DNA from: Mobula hypostoma
Taxonomy: Eukaryota
Assembly (NCBI RefSeq): GCF_963921235.1
Contig: NC_086109.1
Location: forward strand, 30,196,001 to 30,260,000
Reading direction: 5' to 3'
DNA: 64,000 nt
Shown here: positions 52,721 to 64,000 of the stretch, one piece after another
Layout of the letters: every line of letters starts with the position of its first letter
Numbering within the stretch: the stretch's first letter is position 1
Translations under genes and position numbers: made by a program
Notes under the pieces: generated by a model
The model's database searches: none
What the model saw: only the letters and a program-made list of their open reading frames with translations
Told to the model about the DNA's origin: nothing

Positions 52721-54699
52721 AATGAATTCTGCCAAGCAAGTGAACATGTTTGTGGATAGGAACTGGTTGGGCTTCAAGTTCATGTGCCTCCTGTAGGTAA
52801 TACCAATGATGGGGAGGGATGTGACCACGATGTATTGGGCAGAATTCACGACTCTGTGCAGCATTAGAATTACTGTACCAGACCATGATGCAACTGTCAG
52901 GATATTTTCAACAAGGTATCTGTACAAGTTTGTTAGTGTTGGATGATAAACCGAACCTTCTTACTCCTAAGAAAGTAAAGACGCGCATACTTTCCTTTTG
53001 ATTGTATCCATGTACTGGGCTCAGGGAAGGTAAACCAGTATTTTAACAGCCAGGAATATAAAGCTGCTAACTCTGTTCACCAGTGATTTCCCAATGTGGC
53101 TTGGTGTATATTTATCCACTACATTTGTTATATATTACATATGTTATATCTGATGTGACAACCTGATATTCTACTTTGATTGATAGGTCCACATCTCTGG
53201 TCAGAGATATAGAGACTTCACCAGTATCATTTATTGCTTCCTCCCAGACATTACTCGCTAGGCAAGCATTTATTGCCTGCCTCTAGTTTCCCTTCAGATT
53301 GTGGTGCTGAATAGCCCTTTTGGATGGCTGTAGTCTTCAGTGAAGATACTCTCTCAAAGCTGCCAGTGAGGGACTTTGAGTGTTTATGTACGGTGGTGAT
53401 AAAACTCCATGTAGAATACATCAAGTTATTGCCCTGATCAACCCTTATTACCTCCTAAGATAACTTAATTAAGGTAGTCAATGATTCAGCCAAGTTATTT
53501 AGATATTATGTTCCCTTCGCAAATTCCTTGCTTATTCTAGGAGCTTTGTACATAGTCAAAGAGTTGTAAAGTTATACTGCACAGAACCAGGACCTTCAGC
53601 CAAAGTCTAAGTCTGTTTCTAATGCTGTTTCTCTAACCTCTTACACTACTACATCAGATTACCATGACATGAGGAGTTGATTGTGTCACACAGATCAAAA
53701 CACTGCATTACTGGTGCTTTATTTTAAACTTTTGGCATCTTTACATGTATTGTCTGTAGCATATTTAACATTATTAAGGAGTTAATTCATTCATTGGCTC
53801 TGCAGTTTATAGAGTTGTAAATCAGTTGCTTTTCAATGGTAGATCATGATCCATGGTTTCAGCTTCACTGTTAAAGATTAGTACTCTCCTGGCTACAAGT
53901 TAGAGAAGTGAAGGAATAGAGCGTCTAATGGGCAGTACTAACTGCCTTTGTCTCACAAAATTGCAGAATAGCTACTTAAAAATAGCATTGATTCATTCCT
54001 ACTGCATTTTTACTGACAGTCAAATGATTGCCAACTTGATTTGGATCCTGAAAGGGATGGCTATGATGCATGGCTATTTCAGGCATAGCAGGAAATAAAG
54101 AACTATTTGTAATGCACACATCTTTAATATTGGAAGTTTCTGAACCCAAATTTAGGTGTAAATAGATAGAGCATTCACCAGATATGTTACACACAGTCAT
54201 ATTGGATTAGAATAGTCTAACCAGAAGTTCATAATTGGCAGTGGAGATTATTGAAACAATAGTCATAGAATTTTTTCCTGCTGCATAGAGAAAAAGAGTG
54301 CTAAAATACAGCTTCAACTGCAAACCATGATCATGTATTTCTCTTCCTTGTTCCTGGTATTTAACTGGATGATAGGAACAGCACGAGACTCTTTAGAAAT
54401 AATGCGCTTTCTACCATTCAATGTGCTAATGCCATTTGCCCATACATGATCTGTATTTTTTGATAGCCTATCCTAGTAAATATCTGCTTTAAAATTTTCA
54501 TTCAAGCCATGATCCAAAACATACTACTTTCAGTGTCAACACAATCAAATCTCTTAAACACCTCCATTATATCAACTCACATCCTTCAATACTCAAGAAT
54601 CACAAAGAACGTTTTCTTTTACTCTTTTGCTATTTAAATTTTACTCTTTAGGCCCTGGACCATTTTAACCAATCTGATCTAAGCATTAGCTAACTTAAG

Positions 54700-54958
54700 C
54701 ATAGCAGTTATCATAACGCTATTACAGTCGGGGCATCGCAGTTCTGAGTTCAATCTTGGTATCCTCTGTACGCTTTTCCCGTGAAAAGCATTAGTGTTCC
54801 CTGGGTCCTCTGATTCTTCCCAGTCCAATGGCATACCTTGTAGGTTAATTGGTTATTGTAAATTGTTCTATGATTAGGTGAGGATTAAATCGGGGTTGCT
54901 GGGGCAGTGCAGCTCAAAGACCTGGAAAGGCCCACTCTGTGTTGTATCTCTAAATAAA
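54700..54958 (+). mobile_element. V-SINE (HE1-like): tRNA-derived head, V domain, CR1-type tail
   Basis: B-box-like gagttcaatc; V-domain remnant cctgggtcctctgattcttcccagtccaa...taggttaattggttattgtaaattg; tail gaaaggcccactctgtgttgtatctctaaataaa. Confidence 0.65.
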
Positions 54959-55090
54959 CTTAATAGGTAAGCATTTCCTTTTCCCTTTGTTTTTCCAGCT
55001 GAATTTGGAGAAAATCTGATATTCCTATAGCTTATTGAATGCAATGAATTAAGTGATTTTTTTCTATTTTCTTCATCCAGTTTGCTATCA

Positions 55091-55193
55091 AATTAGATTA
55101 GATTAGATTATGAGGATACTCAGTCCTCGTTTATTGTCATTTAGAAATGCATGCATTAAGAAATGATGCAATGTTCCTCCAGCATGATATCAC
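55091..55193 (-). mobile_element. Short LINE 3' tip with (AATCT)n tail
   Basis: attagattagattagattatgagga...tttattgtcatttag is the reverse of a gacaataaa tail end as seen in the Rex1-like copies. Confidence 0.6.
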
Positions 55194-56944
55194 TGAATAG
55201 CATTATTTTGCTCTTCATGCCAAATGCATTTAATTAATCTTCATTGTAGTTATAGTAGGTATACAGTGGATGGCAGTGACTACACTTATAAATCATCTGT
55301 TGGGTGTCTATATTTAAAAATAATTCACTAGGGATTAACTCCACCTTTTCTCTAATTAAGGTCGCATTTCTTTTCTTAGTCCTGCTTGATCTAATCATTT
55401 GCTTGATTTTGAAGGCATAGTAATACAGTACAGCAACAGTCCTTTGGCTCAACTTGCTAATGCTGACCACGTCAGTCTGAGCTAGTCACATTCGTGTATA
55501 TGTGACCCAAATCCCTTCAATCCTTTTCAATCTGTTCACCTATCTAAAGGTATTTTAAACATTTTAATCACTTACCCAATTTGAAAAGTTAGTATCTCCC
55601 TTTTCTGTTGTATGTACAGTTGCAAATAAGTGTTCCGTTTCTGTAATTAGTTGAAATCAATTTTAGCTGTGCTTTTTCCCCCCTGTTTTCAGAGTTGTAT
55701 GAATGAATTGAATAAATAAATATACAATTTCAGCATTTTGTTTCATCAGGGAAAGGCCAGAATTTCCTGTCACAAATAGCTGAACATATGGAGAAGTCTA
55801 GAAGGATCATATGTTCTGTCTAGACTGCTCCATCATATGACCATGACTGATCCGATGTTGAATTCAGCTGCTTTTCCTGCCTGTTGCCTACAGCCCTAGT
55901 CTTTCCTATAATCACAGTCTCGAACGTATTCAGTATTTTAGCCTCCACATCTCTTTGGAGAATATACCAAGTTCTTGAGCCTCCCTTTGAGAAGAAATCC
56001 CTCTCTTTCAACCTTGAATTTTGAACTTTGAATAGGCATCCCTTTTCATGAAACTAAGATTGACAGCTTCATGAACACCCCCTCCCCCCACAAAAACAAA
56101 TATACTTACACACGCGCACGCGTACATGCACACCCCCCCCCCCGGAAAAAAAAGTATTTAGTTTAAATTGACATCACGATCGAAAGAAAAGTTGTTCTGT
56201 GAGGAAAGATTTAAGTACATCGTGTTTGTACAGAACAATAAGAAGAGATTTCTTGAAACATTGAATTCTGAGATTTGCCAGGGCAGGTGTAGGAGTGGTG
56301 TTTTACACATCTGGAGTGTTTTGAACTAAAATAATGGCTGACATTTTAAAATTGAAATAAGATTTTGTTTCACTTGGAGACCAATGAGTCCTTGCGATTC
56401 TCTATCCATAAAGATGTTAGTGAAGGCTCAGTCATATTTAAGATAGATATTAATAGTTTTTTTTAAATATAGTGTAATAAAAGAATATGGGGCAGGTACA
56501 GCATAGTCATTTGTGGTGAAAGATCAGCCATAGTTTTAATGAATGACAGATCAGGGGCAAATTATCTCCACCTATTTTGCAATAAAGGCCAAAGCTTTGT
56601 TTACCGTTCTGCATTATATCTATGAAGAATCACGAAATCCTTTAAGTAGCAGCTTTTAGTAGTCTCTGTTTAACTGTTAATTTGCATTTCTTCTAATCCA
56701 AGTGGATAACCTCACAGGTCCCCACATTATACTCACTTTGTCATTTGCTTGCAGGGAACTACTAGTGTTGCCTTGTAGACTCTCTCCTTGCTCTTGCACT
56801 TTCAGCAAACTACCGGGTAAAACCTATTACACTGTCAGGTTTGTTCGCATTAGATTCCCTGCTCCAGCAAAACAGCCCACATATTATTCAGTCCAGCCAG
56901 CTGTTTTGAGACTTTTATTGTTAATCCTAGACTCTAATCACTGA

Positions 56945-57178
56945 CTAATACTCCTCTGGTTTCTACCCATATCTCAATAATGTAAAGTTAATTGGCCATT
57001 GTAAATTCCCTCTAATGTGTAAATGCATGGTATGGGTGATGGTAGAATGTGGGGGAGTTGAAGAGATTATGGGGAGAATAGGAAATAGAATTAATGTAGG
57101 ATTAGTGTAAAGTGTGTACTTGATGGTTGCTGTAGACTCAATAAGCCAACGGCCTGATCTGTACAGTGTCTCTGACTC
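56945..57178 (+). mobile_element. V-SINE fragment
   Basis: ctcctctggtttctacccatatctcaa...gttaattggccattgtaaattccc followed by a CR1-type tail. Confidence 0.55.
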
Positions 57179-58249
57179 TGTGAAACTTATTTTATCATCC
57201 AGGAATAATAGTTCTCAATCCAACAAAATATAGGTGATGCCTTTCTTAAATCAATTATTCTGTTACTTAGTGTTTGAACTGTCACCTGTTGCATTCCTCC
57301 TCTGCCTGAACTGTGAATTTACCAAAATAAGAATCAACTCTCAACACAATATAGATAAAACCATTTGCACATCTTCCCAATCCTTACCACAATACTTTTA
57401 TGGAAATACTCCTACAGAAACATTCCTGTGTTCGTTATTTTTTCCAATTTACTTCTAATTCTTTATGAAATCTGTTCAATTTAGTGTTCTTGTTTTTTGC
57501 ATTCATTCTCTTTCTATTTGCATCTCAGACTGTCACAACTTGACCTCCTTATTTTTTTCCAATAATATTAACATAATTCAGCAATTTATTTGCCATAAAA
57601 GGCTTCTGAGCAATATATTCAGAATCCATTTTTGTTTTTCCTTTTTTCTTTATTTTCATCTAGTCCTTTGGAATGAATGGGTAATTAAAATTTCCCAGAA
57701 CAGTAATTTTGTTACTCCTACTGATGGCTATTATGTGCAGGTTTTCTTTTCCACTTCCCTCCCACAGACAGGGAGTTTTCAGTAAAAAAAATTCACTGAT
57801 GTAATAAATCTTTTGTATACTTAAAAACACGCTACAGATATCCTGCATAATTGTTTGTGGTTCAGGTATAAAGTGAGAACAGGGAGAAGGGCAAAATTAA
57901 AAATAAGTATAAGACTTGCCAAATCAAAAGTAACTTGCTTTTCAGTCACTTCTTTAACTCCAATATCCCAAGTTATTCAGTGTCTGTCCTGTGTGTGTGA
58001 TTGTGTAGTTTTCTCTTGACCTTGTTTAGTTTATTTTCAAATGTTATTGGTCTGATTGGTGTCTGCCACAAGCAGATTTTCCCTTCTGGGTGCGAGTGGC
58101 AGTGATGGTTCCTCAGTGGAGAGCCATTGGTACCATCATGTCTCTCCTGAAGTGGGTTAGTGAAATGAGTGCTGTATTCATCTCAGTGATACCGAGATCA
58201 ATATTCTTCCAAGGATATTGACTTCTGAATGGGATTAAATTAACTTGGC

Positions 58250-61200
58250 AAGGGATTTGGAAGGATGATAAAGCTTAAAGTCAAAGTTTGATATGTAGTA
58301 GGCAAAATATTTGTTTTTTGACAGTCAAAACAGAGACAGGCAGCAAATTGGGTCAGAGTATGAAGAACATGGTTACGGTGGTAGAACAAAGGAGGGTGAA
58401 TAGTAACACAATATAGGTATGTAAAATTATGAGGGACATGGGGTACATAGGTAGAGTCTGTTTCCAATGGATCCAAAGCTGGAGGGCATTGATCTTAGTG
58501 GAGTCTGGTAAATTTTTCACATAGCATTTGGTATACCACAGGTGGAGATACGGATGGTAGCAACATTTCAGAGGCATCTATGAAGGTACCTGAGAAAGCA
58601 GGGCATCAAGGGATGTGGAGTTAATGCAGGCAAGTGGGATCAGTATAAATAGGCATGATGGTTGGGACAAATATGATTGGTCAAAGGACCTTTTTTTATG
58701 GTGTATACCTCTATTACACAATACCTAAATACACTCTACATTCAAGAGGCTATAGGTGAACTACAGGCACGAAGTTCCATTAAATTGTACCTGCTAATAC
58801 AGAAACATTTCTGTAAGAAATAAGATAAGTGGCAGTAAAGAAGATTATCAGAAATTACAAGGGAATCTTGATTAGCTAGGTAGTTAGGCCGAGGAATGAT
58901 CTTTGACATTCAATCCATCTAATTGTGAGGTGTTGCATTTTGTATAGTCTGAACAGGATAGGGCTTTCACAGTAAACAGTAGGGCAGTGGGGATTGTTGT
59001 GGAACAAAAAGACCTTGGAATACAGGTACATGACACCAGAAAGTGCTTTCACGGTTAAACAGATGGAGAAAAAGGGTTTTGGCACACTGGCCTTCACCAT
59101 TCAGGCACTTAGTATAGCAGTTGGGATGTTATGCGTAAATCAGTACAGGTCCACAATCCCTTATCCGAAATCCTTGGAAGCCAGTTGCAGTTTGAAATTC
59201 ATAATTTTTTGGATTTTAGAAAATTGATAGTTATATTGATATTAACCCATCTCAGTGTGGGTGGACTCTAGGACCCGGGAGAGCTCTGGACCTACGCACA
59301 TCCTCCTGTATACTTTAAATCATCTCTAGATTACTTGTAATACCTAATACAATGTAAATGCTATGGAAATAGTTGTTATACTGTATTGTTTAGGGAATAA
59401 TGACAAAAAAAAAGTCTGCATGCTCAAACAATGAGTGCTGGAGAGAGAACTTCTGGGTTTTCCTGATCCGCGCTCCTTTTGACATTTTCACAGTGAAATT
59501 AAACATAAAGTCAATAGTGAACACAAAATGTATAGTTAAGTGGGATAAATAAAGACTACAAATACTATCACAGTTTTATTAAACATTCAATTAAACATAA
59601 AAATATACAGCTTCAAACGAACCGAATCAAACACATGGTAAATGACTTAAATACTCTAGGACATATACAGGTTCAAACTAAGCTAGTTAAGTTGCATTAC
59701 ATCTGGCAAACAAAGCTAAATACACTACAGGTACCTGATGGGCCAGGAAGAGGATTCTCAAGTTATGAAGCAGCACTACGACAGACGGCATTTTTAAAGA
59801 CTTCTTCAAGTGTCGTCTGTCTCATTAACATAGGTTTATGTCTAAGCATTCTCTCTTTAACTGAGTAAACTGCCATAATCTCTTGCTCACTGATAAATGC
59901 AGGTTGTTCAAGGCCAGCAATTAACTGATCACACATTTTCACCATATCGTCTATGGGGATTTTTTCACCTGTGTTCACTATGTCATCATCATCACCACTA
60001 TCTTCATGCTTCATGCTGTATTTGACACCATTTCAGCAATTTCCCCATCACTCAAGGAATGCACAACAGGTGCATCATTGTCAGTGCTCAGCATTTCTTC
60101 AATGTCAGCTTCCTCTACCTTAATTGCACTTTCGTTCGATAACATTTTAGCGTAAGTTACGAGGTTTGATATTATCATCTTCTCATTAGTGGCATGAAAT
60201 CCTTCAAAGAACTTGATCTGTAGGTTCATTTACATCAAACATCATTGTAGGCCAAAGTCTGTGCCAAGAATTTGTTAATGTTAATTTATCAACATCATTT
60301 CAAGCATTAGCAACTGCATAAATGGCATCCTTAACATTGAACTCTTTCAGGAAGTCTTAGATTTCTACTCCTCTGTTGACTGCAGAAAGCCTACAATTCA
60401 AAAAATAGTCTTTATACTTGCTCTTCATGGAGTGTAAAATTCCTTGGTCACAAGGCTGTAATATGTCACATTGGGGGTGCAAGTAAATTGCGAAAACATC
60501 ACCTTTCATGAGAAGTTCGGCAGGGGGATGTGCGGAGCAGTTGTCCAGGAACAATAAAATTTTACAGTTTTCTTCCAGTCCAACTTGCCTGCAATGAGCT
60601 CGTGCCGCTGGTACAAAATGGTTATTGAACCAGTCAGAAAACATTTCTCGGGTTACCTGTGCTTTCTTGTTTGCATAATAATGCACAGGTAAATTGCGTA
60701 CACCTTTCAGACATCTCGGATGTTGGCTTTTTCCAATCACTGCCAACTTCACCTTCTGTGTGCCTCCTGTATTGGCACACCCAAGAATAGTTAACCTGTC
60801 CTTAGCATCTTTAAAACCTGCTGGTGCTCTCTCATCAGCCGTTGTTAATGTTTTTCTGGGAACGTAGTGCCAGTACAAAGCTGTTTCATCAGCATTGTAA
60901 ATTTGTTCAAGGCTAAGGTTTTCATCAGATATTATCTTGGCAAATTCGTCAATGTAATTTTCAGCTGCTTCATGATCAGCAGAAGCTTTTTCACCACAGA
61001 TTTTCAGATAGTTTACACCATGATGCTTCTTAAATTTCTACAGCCAACCCTCTGAGTATTGATACACACCTTCAATGTTCAGTTATTCATGGTATATTCT
61101 AGCTTGTTTCATGATCAACATGCCATTCAGCGGCATACGTTCACTTCTTCGTTGTCTAATCCACTCAATCAACACATGGTCAAGATCTTCATTTTTTGCC

Positions 61201-62570
61201 CTATGCATTGTTTTCGTATTTTTCATTAGCTTATGGTCATCACTGTCACTATAAAACTTCAGCAACTTGTCTTTCTGTTTCTTTAAATCATATACAGCGG
61301 TAGTTCCAACACCATATTCTTCAGTAGGACACTGCACAGACACACCACGATCAAGCTTCTGCAATAACTTCACTTTCTGCATTATTGATAATGAGAGATG
61401 CTTCCTTCTCTTTTTCTCATTGTTACCCATAGGGGTATCTGCAGCTCTTTTTGACATTTTCACAGTGAAATTCAACACAAAGTCAACAGTGAACACAAAA
61501 TATCAGTGAACAGCAAATGCACATGTAACCAGTGTGACGCGTGGAGCCACAACTGATATTTAGCGGCCTCTGCTAGTGCTGCCATGTCACACCTGAGTGA
61601 CGTCAGCTGTCGGCGAAAAAAACTTCAGTTTTCAGAGCTTTTTGGATTTCAGAATTTCAGATAAGGGATTGTGGGCCTGTATTATGTTCAGTTTTGGTTA
61701 GCTTATTATAGGAAATACATCATTAATTTTAAAAGAGTGCCAAGAAAATTTATTGGAATGTTGCCAGGACTCAAGGACCTGAATCAGAGGGAAAAATAAC
61801 TATGAGTAGCTTGGAGTCCATGACTCCAAGACACCTATAGCTGGGAACTCAACATTCTAGAGTATTCAACATTTGGGAAGATCATTTAAAAAGAAAAGAA
61901 TTAGAACAGCACTATTAACAAATTTCACAACACATGCCGGTAAAAATAAACCTGATTCTGATTCTACTGATAAAACTTGATAGAAGTCAATAAGGCATGA
62001 AGTATTGTCGTATACTAGTCAAAAGGCATTTTGGTTCCACAGATCATATTAAAATTGATTTGAATACAAGTAAAAACAAACAACAGGGGACCATGTGAAT
62101 TGGCAGTTAGATAGAAAACAGTAGAAATAAACAGATCAGCCTTGTTTGACAGACTGTGACTCATGGGTTACCAGAAGAATCTGCTTGTGTCCCATCTGTT
62201 CACAATCCATTCTCAATAATTTGACTGAGGTGACCAAATGTAATATTTTTGAGTTTGATGGCGACATGAGAACGTAAGCCGCAAGTTTCTGCAAAAAGAC
62301 CTCAAACTGATTTGGAGCGAAGTGACATACAGACGAAGTATATCGTGGAAAAATTGAGTTATTATACTTTGTTATAAAAGATGCTGCGTATTTTTAGTGA
62401 GATCATGGAAACTGCTGGCCGTCCAAGGCACCCGACAGCCTTTGTATACTAGTTTCTAAATGTAAGATGCAGGTAGAGAAAGCAGAAAGGAGAGCATATG
62501 ATATGGCGGCGCACATTGCTAGACACCATGAGCAAAAGAATAAATATGTTTTACTAAAATTATAGGGGGC
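58250..62570 (+). mobile_element. Old CR1 fragments (58250-58720, 58840-59143, 61682-62570) flanking the Tigger insertion
   Basis: ttgtgaggtgttgcattttg and ttttggcacactggccttca, continuing after the Tigger as tattatgttcagttttgg. Heavily decayed. Confidence 0.6.
59146..61679 (-). mobile_element. Full-length but disabled Tigger/pogo transposon (Tigger4/Zombi-like), CENP-B HTH + DDE_1
   Basis: TA flanks at 59144-45 and 61680-81. 26-bp TIRs caggtccacaatcccttatccgaaat / atttcagataagggattgtgggcctg (24/26). MSKRAADTP..KHLSLSIMQKVKLL..EWIRQRRS; YNADET; DRLTILGCAN..LAVIGKS..LLFLDNCSAHP..LQPCDQG. Stops and frameshifts present. Confidence 0.95.
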
Positions 62571-63212
62571 TATGAGGGGTGATTGTTAAGTTCATGGCCT
62601 AAGGTAGAAGGAGTCAATTTTAGAAAACCTAGCACATTTATTTTTCCTACATTTACACACTTAGTCCAGCAGTCGTGGAGCATACGGATCCCTTCTTTGT
62701 AGAAGTTGGTGTCTTGGACCTCCAGAAAGTGGTCCACAGCAGGGATGATTGATAAGTTCATGGCCAAAGATACAAGGAGATGAGTTATTAACTTTAATCT
62801 TTATGCGTTTTCACTCAGAGTTGAACTGCACGTGCATGTAACAAGAGCTGTATAACTCATCTCCTTCTACCTAAGGCCATAAACTTATCAATCACCCCTG
62901 CTGTGGACAACCTGGAGGTCCAAGAAGCTCTTGTTACATACACGTGCAGTTCAACTCTTTGAGTGATAATGCAGAAAGTTTGAAGTTAACTTATCTCCTT
63001 CTACCTTAGGCCACAAACTTACTGACCACTTCTACAAAGAAGGGATCCGTATGCTCCACGACTGCTGGACTAAGTGTGTACATGTAGGAGGGGACTATGT
63101 TGAAAAATAAATGTAAACACGAGGAATTCTGCAGATGCTGGAAATTCAAGCAACACACATCAAAGTTGCTGGTGAACGCAGCAGGCCAGGCAGCATCTCT
63201 AGGAAGAGGTAC

Positions 63213-63248
63213 AGTCGACGTTTCGGGCCAAGACCCTTCGTCAGGACT
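63213..63248 (-). ncRNA. Minimal type I hammerhead ribozyme motif (PLE-associated)
   Basis: AGUC-CUGACGA-A-GGG(UCUUGG)CCC-GAAA-CG-UC^GACU: stem I AGUC/GACU, intact core, stem II GGG/CCC, palindromic ACGU in place of stem III. Confidence 0.75.
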
Positions 63249-63848
63249 AACTGAAGGAAGAGTTAGTAAGAGATTTGAAAGTTGGAGGGGGAGGGGGAGA
63301 TCGAAAATGATAGGAGAAGACAGGAGGGGGAGGGATGGAGCCAAGAGCTGGACAGTTGATTGGCAAAAGGGATATGAGAGGATAATGGAATGGGAGGCCC
63401 AGGGAGAAAGAAAAGGGGGAGGGGGGTAAATCCCAGAGGATGGGCAAGGGGTATGGTGAGAGGGACAGAGGGAGAAAAAGGAGAGAGAGAGAAAAAGAAT
63501 GTGTGAAATTTATTTATTTATTTATTGATATACTCGTGCCCCATTAGTTATTTATTTATGTACTGGTGCCCCATCCGTTATTTATTTATATACAGACATT
63601 CTTTCTCTCTCTCTCTCCTTTTTCGCCCTCTGTCCCTCTGACTATACCCCTTGCCCATCCTCTGGGTTTTTTCCCCCCTCCCCCTTTTCCTTCTCCCTAG
63701 GCCTTCTGTCCCATGATCCTCTCATATCTCTCGCCAATCACCTGTCCAGCTCTTGGCTCCATCCCTCCCCCTCCTGTCTTCTCCCATCATTTCGGATCTC
63801 CCCCTCCCCCTCCCACTTTCAAATCTCTTACTAGCTCTTCTTTCAGTT

Positions 63849-63884
63849 AGTCCTGACGAAGGGTCTCTGCCCGAAACGTCGATT
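63849..63884 (+). ncRNA. Minimal type I hammerhead ribozyme motif (PLE-associated), sense to the host pre-mRNA
   Basis: AGUC-CUGACGA-A-GGG(UCUCUG)CCC-GAAA-CG-UC^GAUU; stem I retained with one G-U pair. Confidence 0.72.
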
Positions 63885-64000
63885 GTTACCTCTTCCTAGA
63901 GATGCTGCCTGGCCTGCTGCATTCACCAGCAACTTTGATGTGTGTTGCTTGAAAAACAAATGTGCTAGGTTTTCTAAAATTGACTCCTACCTTAGGCCAC

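Larger units (their letters stand above)
63115..63948. mobile_element. Fold-back PLE insertion with ~350-bp arms, one-sided tail and 15-bp TSD
   Basis: Left arm ~63145-63504 and right arm ~63592-63950. ttgaaaaataaatgt at 63100-14 versus ttgaaaaacaaatgt at 63949-63. Confidence 0.92.
62573..64000. mobile_element. Mariner-derived palindromic MITE (runs off the window), interrupted by a PLE fold-back
   Basis: TA-tgaggggtgattgttaagttcatggcctaaggtagaagg, with the inverted copy cctaccttaggccac at the window end. The mariner C-terminal peptide FYKEGIRMLHDCWTKCV occurs on both strands (~62650-62705 minus, ~63030-63095 plus). Confidence 0.85.

Overview
AT-rich eukaryotic intronic DNA from a vertebrate. 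The repeat families point to a cartilaginous fish, probably a ray; this is an inference. One host exon is recognisable: a 128-bp internal coding exon of the Rab-GAP gene TBC1D22B at 21261-21388 (+). I found neither neighbouring exon, so the window appears to be two large introns. The rest is layered mobile DNA: CR1 LINEs, Rex1/Babar LINEs and their internally deleted derivatives, V-SINEs, Tigger/pogo, hAT, Tc1 and mariner DNA elements, and many Penelope-like element (PLE) ends. The main observations are: (i) PLE ends carrying minimal type I hammerhead ribozyme motifs, repeatedly inserted as fold-back palindromes with 12-15 bp TSDs, junction microhomology and a ~30-nt one-sided tail; (ii) chimeric non-autonomous DNA transposons that share internal modules under different TIRs, with segments resembling mammalian MER2, Tigger4 and MER1/Charlie as I recall them; (iii) an unexplained CpG-retaining cluster of hairpins at ~26600-26900, a candidate structured RNA. 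No intact autonomous element ORF is present. Family names come from motif recognition, not database searches.
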